From positions 869 through 64,868 of the forward strand of contig CAOJQZ010000003.1 in the NCBI GenBank assembly GCA_948441955.1: a stretch of DNA of 64,000 nucleotides. Direction: 5' to 3'. The stretch is from an uncultured Lachnospiraceae bacterium. Its GTDB lineage: Bacteria; Bacillota; Clostridia; Lachnospirales; Lachnospiraceae. The first letter of the stretch is position 1; each line of letters begins with the position of its first letter. This document shows positions 40,472 through 50,913 of the stretch, in pieces. The notes under the pieces are model-generated. The model saw only the letters and a list, made by a program, of their open reading frames with translations, made no database searches and was not told the origin of the DNA. The position numbers and the translations under genes were made by a program.

Positions 40472-41427
40472 GTGAAAAAAAAGTACTAGTAGAGGTGAAG
40501 GACCTTAAGAAGCATTTTAAGGTTGGTAAAAATGCAATTTTGAAAGCAGTTGACGGAATTGACTTTAAGATATATAAGGGCGAAACACTGGGGCTGGTAG
40601 GAGAATCCGGCTGCGGAAAAACGACCTGCGGCAAGACGGTAATGGGGCTTTACCCGGCAACCTCCGGCGAGATTATATTTGACGGAATCAAGGTGAATGA
40701 GCTAAAGGGAAAAGAGAAGAAGGACTTTACAAGAAAGGCTCAGATTATCTTTCAGGATCCCTATTCTTCGCTGGATCCCCGTATGACGGTAGGAGATATT
40801 ATTGGTGAGGGAATTGATATTCACGGACTCTATACAGGTCAGGAGAGAACAGATAAGATCTATGAGCTGTTAGGTACGATTGGGCTGACAAGTGAGCATG
40901 CCAACCGTTTCCCTCATGAATTTTCAGGCGGACAGAGACAGCGTATCGGCATTGCCAGAGCGCTGGCCATAGAACCGGAGTTCATTGTATGTGACGAGCC
41001 TATTTCAGCTCTTGACGTGTCCATTCAAGCCCAGATTATCAATCTGTTAATCCGGCTCCAGAAAGAGCGGGAGCTTACCTATCTGTTTATTGCGCACGAC
41101 CTTTCAATGGTAAAGCATATTTCTGACAGAGTAGGTGTTATGTATCTGGGTAAGATGGTGGAAATGGCGCCTTCCTATGAGTTGTATACAAATCCAAAGC
41201 ATCCTTATACGGAGGCGCTGATGTCGGCAATACCGATTCCGGATCCTGAGGTGGAGAGAGAAAAGAAGCAGATTAAAATAGAAGGGGAAATTCCAAGCCC
41301 TATCAATCCGAAGCCGGGATGCCGGTTTGCATCCAGATGCCGTTATGCAACAGAACTCTGCAGGCAGGAGACGCCAAAGCTTAAAGAAGTAGGACCGGAG
41401 CATTTTGCTGCCTGTCATAACAGGTAA
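40468..41427 (+). CDS. oppF: Oligopeptide ABC ATPase
   Basis: GESGCGKT, FSGGQRQR, DEPISALDVS, GCRF..RC...ACH. Confidence 0.92.
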   Translation: MSEKKVLVEVKDLKKHFKVGKNAILKAVDGIDFKIYKGETLGLVGESGCGKTTCGKTVMGLYPATSGEIIFDGIKVNELKGKEKKDFTRKAQIIFQDPYSSLDPRMTVGDIIGEGIDIHGLYTGQERTDKIYELLGTIGLTSEHANRFPHEFSGGQRQRIGIARALAIEPEFIVCDEPISALDVSIQAQIINLLIRLQKERELTYLFIAHDLSMVKHISDRVGVMYLGKMVEMAPSYELYTNPKHPYTEALMSAIPIPDPEVEREKKQIKIEGEIPSPINPKPGCRFASRCRYATELCRQETPKLKEVGPEHFAACHNR

Positions 41428-41451
41428 ATAATTGTATTATATTCTAAACGA

Positions 41452-41487
41452 AAAAGGACATCCATATGACGGAATGGATGTCCTTTT
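41452..41487. terminator. Bidirectional terminator
   Basis: aaaaggacatccat...atggatgtcctttt between oppF and rpsT. Confidence 0.8.
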
Positions 41488-41499
41488 AATTGTTGTCTA

Positions 41500-41763
41500 T
41501 TAAGAAATTGCGTTAACAGCTTTTGTCAAACGGGAAACTTTTCTTGCGCATGTATTCTTATGATATACGCCCTTGCTTCCTGCTTTATTAATCTCAACGA
41601 TCGCAACCTTTAATGCGTCTGCAGCTAAAGCGGCATCTTTGTTTGCTACAGCTGTCTCAACCTTTTTTACGCAAGTTTTTACTTTTGATTTGATTGCCTT
41701 ATTTCTGGCAGCTTTTGTTTCGTTTACTAAGATTCTCTTCTTTGCAGATTTGATATTAGCCAA
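41500..41763 (-). CDS. rpsT: 30S ribosomal protein S20
   Basis: (M)ANIKSAKKR...KGVYHKN..ARK.SRL; TTG start after GGAGGTG. Confidence 0.95.
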   Translation of the reverse strand: MANIKSAKKRILVNETKAARNKAIKSKVKTCVKKVETAVANKDAALAADALKVAIVEINKAGSKGVYHKNTCARKVSRLTKAVNAIS

Positions 41764-41959
41764 TTTGTCCACCTCCAATATCTCATATTTCGACTTTTGT
41801 TATCGATTCCTGATTCGTTAGAGCCGGACACGGACGTTCTAACGAAACATACGTATTTATTTTAGTGCACGGGAGTTGTTCTGTCAATACATATTTCCTG
41901 AAATATTGTAAAAACTATGGAGTGTAACGGAATACTTATTAAGTGAGGGAGTGCTTAAG

Positions 41960-42925
41960 ATGGTGGAAAAGTATAGTATCAGAACTGATTTGGCTTTGGA
42001 ACAGAAGGAGAGATTTGAGGCGGATCAGGTCGAGGTGCAGGGAGTAGTGCTTACAGAGGAGGTGGATGAGGAACGGGAAATTAAGGTTACAACCGTAAAA
42101 ATTGAGACAGAGAACGGGGCTAAGGTGATGCAAAAGCCTGTGGGGACCTATGTTACGATGGAGGCGCCGAATATGGCGGTGCCGGATGAGGATTATCACA
42201 GGGAAATTTCAGCGGAGATTAAAAAGCTCTTGGAGCGTTTTCTGGAAAGCGGCAGAAAAGAGTATTCAGCCCTTGTAGTGGGGCTTGGAAACCGAAAGGT
42301 AACGCCGGATGCACTGGGGCCCTATGTTGTGGATAACTTAAACATTACCAGACATATTGTAAAGGAATACGGAAAATATGCTATGGGAGAGGAGCATGCG
42401 AGACTTGTCAGCGCTATTGTGCCTGGGGTAATGGGACAGACGGGAATGGAAACGGTAGAAATTATAAGAGGGGTTGTAAGCGAGACAAAGCCGGACTTCA
42501 TTATTGCTATAGACGCGTTGGCGGCCAGAAGCTCAAAGCGCCTGAACCGGACGATTCAGATTGCGGATACCGGAATTAATCCAGGGTCAGGCGTGGGAAA
42601 TCACAGGAATGCTATCACAGAGGAGACGGTCGGAGTGCCGGTCCTTGCTATAGGCGTCCCTACAGTTGTGGACGCAGCCACTATCGTTAATGATACAATG
42701 GAAAATTTTATCGCGGCGCTTGAGGAATCCGAGTCATTAAAAGGGGTAGGCGTTGTCATGCAGGGATACACTGCCGGGGAAAAATACGAACTTGTGAAGG
42801 AGCTGATTTCACCCCATCTGAACGGCCTTTTTGTAACTCCAAAGGATATTGATGAAACGGTAAAGCGCATCAGCTATACTATATCAGAGTCTCTGAATAT
42901 GTTATTTTCAGGTGAATGCATATAA
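41960..42925 (+). CDS. gpr: Spore germination protease
   Basis: IRTDLA.E, VGLGN..VTPDALGP, IDALAAR, GI.PGSGVGN.R, VTPKDID. Confidence 0.95.
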   Translation: MVEKYSIRTDLALEQKERFEADQVEVQGVVLTEEVDEEREIKVTTVKIETENGAKVMQKPVGTYVTMEAPNMAVPDEDYHREISAEIKKLLERFLESGRKEYSALVVGLGNRKVTPDALGPYVVDNLNITRHIVKEYGKYAMGEEHARLVSAIVPGVMGQTGMETVEIIRGVVSETKPDFIIAIDALAARSSKRLNRTIQIADTGINPGSGVGNHRNAITEETVGVPVLAIGVPTVVDAATIVNDTMENFIAALEESESLKGVGVVMQGYTAGEKYELVKELISPHLNGLFVTPKDIDETVKRISYTISESLNMLFSGECI

Positions 42926-42970
42926 GAAGGAATATTTTCAGGCGGCTGTATTTTTAAAGAGGGACATGCA

Positions 42971-42998
42971 CATAATGGGAAATCTTTCGTCATATAGT
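42971..42998 (+). promoter_or_regulatory. Sigma-E-type promoter of spoIIP
   Basis: CATAAT-14-CATATAGT. Confidence 0.6.
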
Positions 42999-43030
42999 GT
43001 TAAGACGAAAAATAACAGCGGAGTGATAAG

Positions 43031-44215
43031 TTGGAAAACGGACAAAAAATCAGCAGAATTCTTATGGCGGCTGCAGGAGGCGTTCTTATATTATATACAG
43101 TAATTAATATAGGAGCAGGAATCGGCCTGAAGGGGATCGAAAAATTTTTAGCCGGACCTAACAAGATGCTTCTTGGGCATGTACAGGAGATGTATCTTAC
43201 CGGATTTTCCTATACGTCCAGGAAGCATCATGTATCCGTGGACGAGTGGGTGGCCGAAAATGCTATGAATCTTATTCCCCTTGGAACTTATGTTAAGAAC
43301 AGGGAAGAAGTTGAAACAGATGTAGAGGATCGGGCGACCTATGAGATGATTCTTAAAAGACAGGCAAATGACGAAAATGCGGTGGATGAAAATGGGAAGC
43401 TTATCGGAGAGGCAGAAGAAGAGCCAAGTGTGGAAACAACAGGCAGTATTGATCTTTCGATTGAAAAGCTGAAAAATTATGAATATCTGATTAGTAATTT
43501 TTATACCATTGACAGTACAACAATGACAAGTCCTGAGGAATTAAATGCAGAAGTGCTTCTTTCCAAAGATTTGAAGATTGATAAAGGTACAAAAGGACCT
43601 AAGGTTCTGATCTATCATACCCATTCCCAGGAAGGATTTATAGATTCGGTTCCGGGCGATACATCTACAACGATTGTCGGAATGGGTACATATCTCACAG
43701 AGCTGCTAAACCAAAAGGGGATTGAGACGATACATCACGAAGGAGTATATGACTTGATTGACGGGGAACTGGACAGGAGTAAGGCCTACGATCTGGCTGA
43801 GCCGGAGGTAAAGAAAATACTGGAGGAAAATCCAAGCATTGAGGTTTTGATTGATTTGCACAGAGACGGCGTGGCGGAAGGTACTCATCTTGTGACGGAT
43901 ATTAACGGGAAATCCACGGCACAGATTATGTTCTTTAACGGGCTAAGCAGAACAAAGGCAAACGGGGATATAGATTACCTGTATAATCCCTATATTCAGG
44001 ATAACCTTGCCTTTTCCCTGCAGATGCAGCTTAAGGCTATGGAATTATTTCCAGGCTTCACAAGACACATCTATTTAAGAGGATACTGCTATAATATGAA
44101 TATTATGCCAAAAACATTGTTGATTGAGGCAGGGGCTCAGACCAATACCGTTGAGGAAATGAGAAATGCAATGGAAGCACTGGCAGACACACTAGATCAT
44201 GTGCTGACGCCTTAA
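43031..44215 (+). CDS. spoIIP: Stage II sporulation protein P
   Basis: VLIYHTHSQE, IDLHRDG, LLIEAG...NT; follows gpr. Confidence 0.9.
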   Translation: MENGQKISRILMAAAGGVLILYTVINIGAGIGLKGIEKFLAGPNKMLLGHVQEMYLTGFSYTSRKHHVSVDEWVAENAMNLIPLGTYVKNREEVETDVEDRATYEMILKRQANDENAVDENGKLIGEAEEEPSVETTGSIDLSIEKLKNYEYLISNFYTIDSTTMTSPEELNAEVLLSKDLKIDKGTKGPKVLIYHTHSQEGFIDSVPGDTSTTIVGMGTYLTELLNQKGIETIHHEGVYDLIDGELDRSKAYDLAEPEVKKILEENPSIEVLIDLHRDGVAEGTHLVTDINGKSTAQIMFFNGLSRTKANGDIDYLYNPYIQDNLAFSLQMQLKAMELFPGFTRHIYLRGYCYNMNIMPKTLLIEAGAQTNTVEEMRNAMEALADTLDHVLTP

Positions 44216-44285
44216 AATATATTTGATTCGCACCATATTTTGTGTTAAGATAAATGCAATATGGATAGTGGAAGGATTGGAAGAA

Positions 44286-46208
44286 ATGGCTAAGAAGACT
44301 ACATATGATGCTGACAGCATTGCGGTACTGGAGGGGCTTGAAGCAGTTCGAAAGAGGCCGGGTATGTATATCGGCAGTGTGTCCACCAGAGGCTTGAATC
44401 ATTTAATATATGAAATCGTAGATAATGCGGTAGATGAGCATCTGGCAGGTTTTTGTACGGAAATACGCGTAACGCTGGAGCGCGACGGTTCTGCAACAAT
44501 CTCAGATAACGGACGCGGTGTTCCTGTAGATATGCATGCAAAGGGAGTGTCCGCAGAGCGTATTGTGTATACAACGCTTCATGCAGGAGGCAAGTTTGAT
44601 GATTCCGTATATAAGACCAGCGGAGGCCTTCATGGAGTAGGTTCGTCCGTTGTAAACGCGTTGTCTTCTTATATGGACGTAGAGGTAAGCCGAGGCGGGT
44701 ATATCCATCATGACAGATATGAAAGAGGTATTCCGGTTATTGAGCTTGAGGAGGGCCTTCTTCCAAAGCTTGGAAAGACGAAAAAGACCGGAACAAAGAT
44801 TAATTTTCTGCCGGACGATACGATATTTGAGAAGACGAGATTCCGTGCAGACGAGGTAAAAAGCCGGATGCATGAAACAACCTATCTGAATCCGAAGCTT
44901 ACGATTATTTTTGAGGATATGAGAGAGGGAAGTAAAGAGAGGGTCGTATATCATGAGCCGGATGGAATCCTGGGATTTATAAGGGAGCTGAATTCAAAGA
45001 AGGAAACTGTGCATGAGCCGGTCTATTTTAAAGGGGAGGCGGAAGGAATTGAGGTGGAAGCCGCCTTTCAGTATGTGAATGAGTTTCATGAAAATGTGCT
45101 TGGTTTCTGTAATAATATTTATAACGGCGAGGGCGGGACACATCTGACAGGATTTAAGACGACATTTACGACGGCCATTAACCAATATGCAAGAGAGCTT
45201 GGGATTTTAAAGGATAAAGACAGCAACTTTACAGGTGCGGATGTCAGAAACGGCATGACGGCGATTATTTCCGTTAAACACCCGGATCCAAGATTCGAGG
45301 GACAGACGAAGACAAAGCTTGACAACCCGGACGCGCTGAAAGCGGTAGGCAAGGTGACAGGTGAAGAAATAGTCCGTTATTTTGACCGGAATCTTGACAA
45401 TCTTAAGAAGGTGATAGGCTGTGCGGAGAAGGCCGCAAAAATTCGTAAGACGGAAGAGAAGGCAAAGACAAATCTTTTGACGAAACAGAAATATTCTTTT
45501 GACAGTAACGGAAAGCTTGCAAATTGTGAGAGCCGCGATGCGGAAAAATGTGAGATTTTTATTGTGGAGGGCGACTCTGCCGGCGGCTCTGCCAAGACGG
45601 CAAGGGACAGGATGTATCAGGCGATTCTGCCGATTCGGGGGAAAATCCTTAATGTGGAAAAGGCGAGTATTGATAAAATTCTTGCCAATGCGGAGATTAA
45701 GACAATGATTAATGCCTTCGGATGTGGATTTTCGGAAGGGTATGGCAATGATTTTGATATTTCCAAGCTGCGGTATGACAAGATTATTATTATGGCAGAT
45801 GCGGATGTAGACGGCGCGCATATCTCTACCTTGCTTCTTACTTTATTTTACCGTTTCATGCCGGAGCTTATCTATGAGGGACATGTTTATATTGCCATGC
45901 CGCCGCTTTATAAAGTAATGCCCAAAAAGGGAGAGGAGGAGTACCTCTATGACGATAAAGCGCTGGAACAGTACAGGAAGACCCATGAAGGCCCGTTTAC
46001 CCTCCAGAGATATAAAGGATTAGGGGAGATGGACGCAGAGCAGCTTTGGGAGACAACCCTTGATCCGGAAAGGCGGCTCCTTAAAAGGGTGGAGATTGAG
46101 GACGCCAGAATGGCTTCCAGTGTAACAGAGATGCTGATGGGCACGGAGGTGCCGCCGAGAAGAATGTTTATCTATGAAAACGCCACGGAAGCTGAGCTGG
46201 ATGTATAA
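44286..46208 (+). CDS. Type IIA topoisomerase B subunit (probably ParE-like)
   Basis: LEGLEAVRKRPGMYIG, EIVDNAVDE, GGLHGVG, VEGDSAGG, DADVDG, QRYKGLGEM. Confidence 0.9.
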   Translation: MAKKTTYDADSIAVLEGLEAVRKRPGMYIGSVSTRGLNHLIYEIVDNAVDEHLAGFCTEIRVTLERDGSATISDNGRGVPVDMHAKGVSAERIVYTTLHAGGKFDDSVYKTSGGLHGVGSSVVNALSSYMDVEVSRGGYIHHDRYERGIPVIELEEGLLPKLGKTKKTGTKINFLPDDTIFEKTRFRADEVKSRMHETTYLNPKLTIIFEDMREGSKERVVYHEPDGILGFIRELNSKKETVHEPVYFKGEAEGIEVEAAFQYVNEFHENVLGFCNNIYNGEGGTHLTGFKTTFTTAINQYARELGILKDKDSNFTGADVRNGMTAIISVKHPDPRFEGQTKTKLDNPDALKAVGKVTGEEIVRYFDRNLDNLKKVIGCAEKAAKIRKTEEKAKTNLLTKQKYSFDSNGKLANCESRDAEKCEIFIVEGDSAGGSAKTARDRMYQAILPIRGKILNVEKASIDKILANAEIKTMINAFGCGFSEGYGNDFDISKLRYDKIIIMADADVDGAHISTLLLTLFYRFMPELIYEGHVYIAMPPLYKVMPKKGEEEYLYDDKALEQYRKTHEGPFTLQRYKGLGEMDAEQLWETTLDPERRLLKRVEIEDARMASSVTEMLMGTEVPPRRMFIYENATEAELDV

Positions 46209-46220
46209 GGAGAGGAAAAG

Positions 46221-48464
46221 ATGCAGGAATCACAACAGATCATCAGAACGGAATATTCGGAGGTAATGAAAAAGTCTTATATTGATTATGCCATGAGCGT
46301 TATTGTTGCCCGTGCGCTTCCGGATGTACGCGACGGCTTAAAGCCGGTGCAGAGAAGAACCTTGTATGACATGCATGAGCTTGGTATCCGTTATGACAGG
46401 CCTTACAGGAAATGTGCCCGTATTGTGGGAGATACGATGGGTAAATATCATCCGCACGGCGACAGCTCCATATACGAGGCGCTGGTTGTCATGGCCCAGG
46501 AATTTAAAAAGGGCATGATATTAGTGGACGGGCATGGCAACTTTGGCTCCATCGAAGGGGACGGGGCGGCCGCTATGCGTTATACGGAAGCGAGGCTCGC
46601 CAGGATTACGCAGGAGGCATATCTTGCAGACCTGGATAAAAACGTAGTAAATTTCCTGCCTAATTTTGATGAAACGGAAAAGGAACCGGAGGTACTTCCG
46701 GTGCGGATTCCCAATCTTCTTATAAACGGCGCGGAAGGTATTGCGGTTGGTATGGCTACAAACATCCCCCCTCACAATCTGGGCGAGGTGATTGATGCTG
46801 TTAAGGCTTATATGAAAAATGATGAAATCAGTACAAAACAGCTTATGAAATATATAAAAGGCCCTGATTTCCCCACAGGGGGAATTGTAGTCAATAAGGA
46901 CGAGCTTCTTAACATTTATGAAACAGGTTCAGGCAAGATCAAGCTTCGCGGGAAAGTAGAACTAGAAGAGATGAAAGGCGGAAAAAGCCGTCTTGTTATA
47001 TCAGAAATTCCTTTTACGATGATAGGAGCGGGAATCGGAAAATTTCTGAATGATGTCTGCGGGCTGGTAGAGTCAAAGAAAACATCAGATATTGTGGATA
47101 TATCCAATCAGTCTTCAAAAGAGGGAATCCGTATCGTCATTGAACTTAAAAAGGGAGCAGATGTAGAAAACCTCAAAAACATGCTGTATAAGAAAACCCG
47201 TTTAGAAGATACCTTTGGCGTCAATATGCTGGCGGTTGCCGGAGGAAGACCGGAGACAATGGGCCTAAAGAGAATTATTGAGCATCATGTGGACTTCCAG
47301 TTTGAGCTTGCTACAAGAAAGTATAAAACACTTCTTGCAAAGGAGCTTGATAAAAAGGAGATTCAGGAAGGGCTTATTAAAGCCTGTGATGTCATTGATC
47401 TGATCATTGAAATTTTAAGAGGCAGCCAGTCTGTGAAGGATGCCAAGGAATGCCTCACAAAAGGCGTGACGGAGAATATTAAGTTTAAATCAGGTATTTC
47501 AAAGAAAATGGCGGCCATGCTGCGCTTTACGGAGCGTCAGGCAGCGGCTATTCTGGAAATGCGGCTTTATAAGCTGATTGGCCTTGAAATAGAAGCTCTT
47601 ATGAAGGAACATGAGGAAACTCTGAAAAATATTTCCAAATACGAGGACATTTTAAATAATTATCATTCAATGTCAGACGTGATTATAGCGGATTTGGATA
47701 AGATAAAAAAGGAATATGGACGAAAGCGGCGCACGGTAATTGAAAATGCCGAAGAAGCGGTATATGAGGAAAAGAAAATCGAGGAGCAGGAGATCGTGTT
47801 CCTTATGGATCGTTTCGGCTATGCGAAAACTGTGGACACTGCGGCTTATGAGAGGAATAAAGAGGCGGCGGACACAGAGAACAAATATATTATAACCTGT
47901 ATGAATACAGGCAGGCTCTGTGTGTTTACAAATAATGGGAAAATGCATCAGATTAAGGTGTCGGATCTTCCCTTTGGAAAATTTCGGGACAAGGGACTTC
48001 CCATTGATAATGTAAGCAATTATGACAGCTCACAGGAAAACATTGTCTATATCTGCGACTCCGAGCAGATGCGTTATGCTAAATTCCTGTTTGCTACAAA
48101 ACAGGGGATGATCAAGCGGGTAGAGGGAGAAGAATTTCAGGTAGCGAAGCGTACCATTGCGGCGACGAAGCTTCAGGAGGAGGACGAGGTGGTAAGCGTC
48201 CAGGTGCTGAACGACAGCCATCAGGTAGTTCTGCAGACAAAAGAGGGCTTTTTCCTAAAATTTCCGGCAGAAGAGGTTACCGGGAAAAAGAAGGGAGCCG
48301 TAGGTGTAAGAGGAATCAAGCTTAAGAAGAAGGACGAGCTTGAAAAGGTGTATCTGTTTGAAGAAGGGACAGAGTGTAAAGCAGCCTTTGGGGACAAGGA
48401 GATTAGCCTTAACCGGCTCAAGACAGGAAAAAGGGACGGAACCGGTACAAAAGCAAGAGGATAA
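46221..48464 (+). CDS. Type IIA topoisomerase A subunit (probably ParC-like)
   Basis: RALPDVRDGLKPVQRR, YHPHGD, AAMRYTE; short CTD with no canonical GyrA box. Confidence 0.9.
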   Translation: MQESQQIIRTEYSEVMKKSYIDYAMSVIVARALPDVRDGLKPVQRRTLYDMHELGIRYDRPYRKCARIVGDTMGKYHPHGDSSIYEALVVMAQEFKKGMILVDGHGNFGSIEGDGAAAMRYTEARLARITQEAYLADLDKNVVNFLPNFDETEKEPEVLPVRIPNLLINGAEGIAVGMATNIPPHNLGEVIDAVKAYMKNDEISTKQLMKYIKGPDFPTGGIVVNKDELLNIYETGSGKIKLRGKVELEEMKGGKSRLVISEIPFTMIGAGIGKFLNDVCGLVESKKTSDIVDISNQSSKEGIRIVIELKKGADVENLKNMLYKKTRLEDTFGVNMLAVAGGRPETMGLKRIIEHHVDFQFELATRKYKTLLAKELDKKEIQEGLIKACDVIDLIIEILRGSQSVKDAKECLTKGVTENIKFKSGISKKMAAMLRFTERQAAAILEMRLYKLIGLEIEALMKEHEETLKNISKYEDILNNYHSMSDVIIADLDKIKKEYGRKRRTVIENAEEAVYEEKKIEEQEIVFLMDRFGYAKTVDTAAYERNKEAADTENKYIITCMNTGRLCVFTNNGKMHQIKVSDLPFGKFRDKGLPIDNVSNYDSSQENIVYICDSEQMRYAKFLFATKQGMIKRVEGEEFQVAKRTIAATKLQEEDEVVSVQVLNDSHQVVLQTKEGFFLKFPAEEVTGKKKGAVGVRGIKLKKKDELEKVYLFEEGTECKAAFGDKEISLNRLKTGKRDGTGTKARG

Positions 48465-48541
48465 ACAGAAAAAGGAGTAAAAAACCTTGATTTTTTCATA
48501 AATCAGTGCTATACTGCTCTACAGTTACATAAAAGTCTGGC

Positions 48542-48574
48542 AGAAGAGTGAACGGAAGTTCACTCTTCTTTGTT
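48542..48574 (+). promoter_or_regulatory. rimP-nusA leader hairpin/attenuator
   Basis: agaagagtgaac-GGAA-gttcactcttct + ttgtt, downstream of TTGATT-17-TATACT (48487-48515). Confidence 0.75.
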
Positions 48575-48603
48575 GGAGCGAGTATATCAGGAAAGGGAGT
48601 TTT

Positions 48604-49074
48604 GTGTTGTCAAAAAGAGAAGTTTATGAACAAAAGACAGAAGCGATTCTATTTCCAATAGTGGAGGAATATAATTTCGAGCTGGTGGATGTAGAATATG
48701 TGAAGGAAGGCGGTACGTGGTATCTGCGCGCGTACATTGATAAGCCGGGCGGCATTACAGTAAATGACTGCGAAACAGTCAGCAGAAGGTTATCGGAAAT
48801 TCTGGATGAGAAAGATTATATTGAGGATTCCTATGTGTTGGAGATCAGCTCCCCGGGTCTTGGAAGACCGCTTAAAAAGGAGAAGGATTTTAAAAGAAGT
48901 CTTGGCAAAGAGGTAGAGATAAGAACCTACCGTATGATAGATAAGAGTAAAGAGTTTACCGGAATTTTAAAAGCTTACGACGACAGTACAGTAACGGTTG
49001 AACTTGCAGATAAAACTCTGAAAACATTTGAAAAAGGCGGGATAGCGCTTATCCGCCTTGCGTTCGATTTTTAA
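48604..49074 (+). CDS. rimP: Ribosome maturation factor RimP
   Basis: LR.YIDK.GGI...DC..VS, Y.LEISSPGL.RPL. Confidence 0.95.
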   Translation: MLSKREVYEQKTEAILFPIVEEYNFELVDVEYVKEGGTWYLRAYIDKPGGITVNDCETVSRRLSEILDEKDYIEDSYVLEISSPGLGRPLKKEKDFKRSLGKEVEIRTYRMIDKSKEFTGILKAYDDSTVTVELADKTLKTFEKGGIALIRLAFDF

Positions 49075-49092
49075 GATAGGAGGAAAAGGGAA

Positions 49093-50301
49093 ATGAACAC
49101 AGAATTATTAGAAGCGTTGACTATATTAGAGAAGGAAAAGGATATCAGTAAGGAAACACTTCTTGATGCAATTGAAAATTCACTTTTAAATGCCTGCAAA
49201 AATCATTTTGGCAAGGCAGATAATGTAAAAGTAATCATGGATAGACAGACCTGTGATTACAAACTATATGCGGAGAAGACGGTTGTTGAGGATGTGGAGG
49301 ATCCGGTTGAGCAGATTAGTATAGAGGATGCGAGGAATATAGACGGTAAATACGATATCGGCGATATTGTTCAGATTCCGATTGAGTCAAAATCCTTCGG
49401 ACGCATCGCAACGCAGAATGCGAAAAATCTTATTTTGCAGAAAATCCGGGAGGAGGAAAGAAAGGTTGTATATGACCAGTATTTTGAGAAGGAAAAGGAT
49501 ATTGTAACAGGCATTGTACAACGTTATGTGGGAAGAAATGTGAGCATCAATCTTGGCAAGGCGGACGCTATGCTTACCGAAAATGAGCAGGTGAAGGGAG
49601 AAGTGTTTAAGCCCACCGAGCGTATTAAGCTGTATGTGGTTGAAGTGAAGAATACGACAAAGGGTCCCAAAATTCTTGTTTCCCGAACACATCCGGAGCT
49701 TGTGAAGCGGCTCTTTGAGTCAGAGGTGACGGAAGTAAACAGTGGCGTAGTAGAGATTAAAAGTATTGCAAGAGAGGCGGGAAGCAGAACTAAAATTGCA
49801 GTATGGTCCAACGATCCGGATGTAGACCCAGTAGGAGCCTGCGTCGGCATGAACGGTGCAAGGGTAAACGCCATTGTAAATGAGCTTCGGGGAGAAAAGA
49901 TCGACATCATTAACTGGAGTGATAATCCGGCGATTCTTATTGAAAATGCACTTAGTCCGGCAAAGGTTATTTCTGTTATGGCGGATCCGGATGAAAAGGC
50001 AGCCAGTGTTATCGTTCCGGATTATCAGTTATCCCTTGCAATTGGTAAGGAGGGACAGAACGCAAGGCTTGCGGCAAGACTCACCGGGTATAAGATTGAT
50101 ATTAAGAGTGAGACACAGGCGATTGAATCAGGAGAGCTTCCGGAGAATTATATGGAACTTAGTGAAGGCGTATATGAACAGGAAATGTACGAAGAGGGCT
50201 ATGAGGAGGCTTACGGAGAAGATTATGATTCGTATGACGGAGAGTCCGGCGGCGAGTTTGAGGAAGATGATGAGATTCAGTTTGAGGAAGCAGAGGAATA
50301 G
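49093..50301 (+). CDS. nusA: Transcription factor NusA
   Basis: [35 protein letters not shown]; acidic tail. Confidence 0.96.
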   Translation: MNTELLEALTILEKEKDISKETLLDAIENSLLNACKNHFGKADNVKVIMDRQTCDYKLYAEKTVVEDVEDPVEQISIEDARNIDGKYDIGDIVQIPIESKSFGRIATQNAKNLILQKIREEERKVVYDQYFEKEKDIVTGIVQRYVGRNVSINLGKADAMLTENEQVKGEVFKPTERIKLYVVEVKNTTKGPKILVSRTHPELVKRLFESEVTEVNSGVVEIKSIAREAGSRTKIAVWSNDPDVDPVGACVGMNGARVNAIVNELRGEKIDIINWSDNPAILIENALSPAKVISVMADPDEKAASVIVPDYQLSLAIGKEGQNARLAARLTGYKIDIKSETQAIESGELPENYMELSEGVYEQEMYEEGYEEAYGEDYDSYDGESGGEFEEDDEIQFEEAEE

Positions 50302-50309
50302 GTGAATCA

Positions 50310-50579
50310 TTGGGCGGAAACAGAAAAGTGCCTATGCGTCAATGTGTAGGCTGTCAGGAAATGAAGAGTAAAAAGGAAATGATACGTGTTATCAGGACAA
50401 ATGAAGGAGAAATTCTTCTTGATGCGACAGGGAAGAAAAACGGCCGGGGAGCTTATATCTGTCCGGACTTAGAATGCCTTCGGAAAGCAATTAGAAATAA
50501 GGGATTAGAGCGTTCTTTTAAGCAGATGATTCCAAAGGAGGTTTATGAGGCGTTAGAAAGGGAGATGGAAAGGCTTTGA
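50310..50579 (+). CDS. ylxR: YlxR (RnpM) RNA-binding protein
   Basis: P.RQCVGC, GK..GRGAY.C. Confidence 0.92.
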   Translation: MGGNRKVPMRQCVGCQEMKSKKEMIRVIRTNEGEILLDATGKKNGRGAYICPDLECLRKAIRNKGLERSFKQMIPKEVYEALEREMERL

Positions 50580-50899
50580 GACAGAATAAGACAGCAGGGC
50601 TTCTTGGTTTGGCAGCCAGAGCAGGAAAGCTTGTAAGCGGTGAGTTTTGTACAGAAAGAGAAGTGAAGTCAGGGAAAGCAGCGCTTGTGCTTGTGGCAGA
50701 CGATGCGTCAGATAACACAAAAAAAAGGTTTAAAAATATGTGTGACTTTTATAAAGTGCCGATTTATTTTTATAAAGATAAAGACACCTTGGGGCATGCA
50801 ATAGGGAAAGAATTCAGGGCATCACTGGCCGTGCTGGATCAGGGGTTTGCCGGAAGTATTAGAAAGCATTTAGAGACAGAGGGTAATACAATTGCATAG
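50576..50899 (+). CDS. ylxQ: L7Ae-family protein YlxQ
   Basis: [26 protein letters not shown]. Confidence 0.9.
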   Translation: MRQNKTAGLLGLAARAGKLVSGEFCTEREVKSGKAALVLVADDASDNTKKRFKNMCDFYKVPIYFYKDKDTLGHAIGKEFRASLAVLDQGFAGSIRKHLETEGNTIA

Positions 50900-50913
50900 A
50901 GGAGGTAGTGTAT

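Noticed and set aside
41889..41917. Sigma-F promoter for gpr
   Set aside because: Plausible from biology, but the match (acata-14-gtaaaaact) is too weak to call
50150..50301. Acidic Tyr/Glu tail of NusA
   Set aside because: Variable acidic C-terminal tails are common in Firmicute NusA
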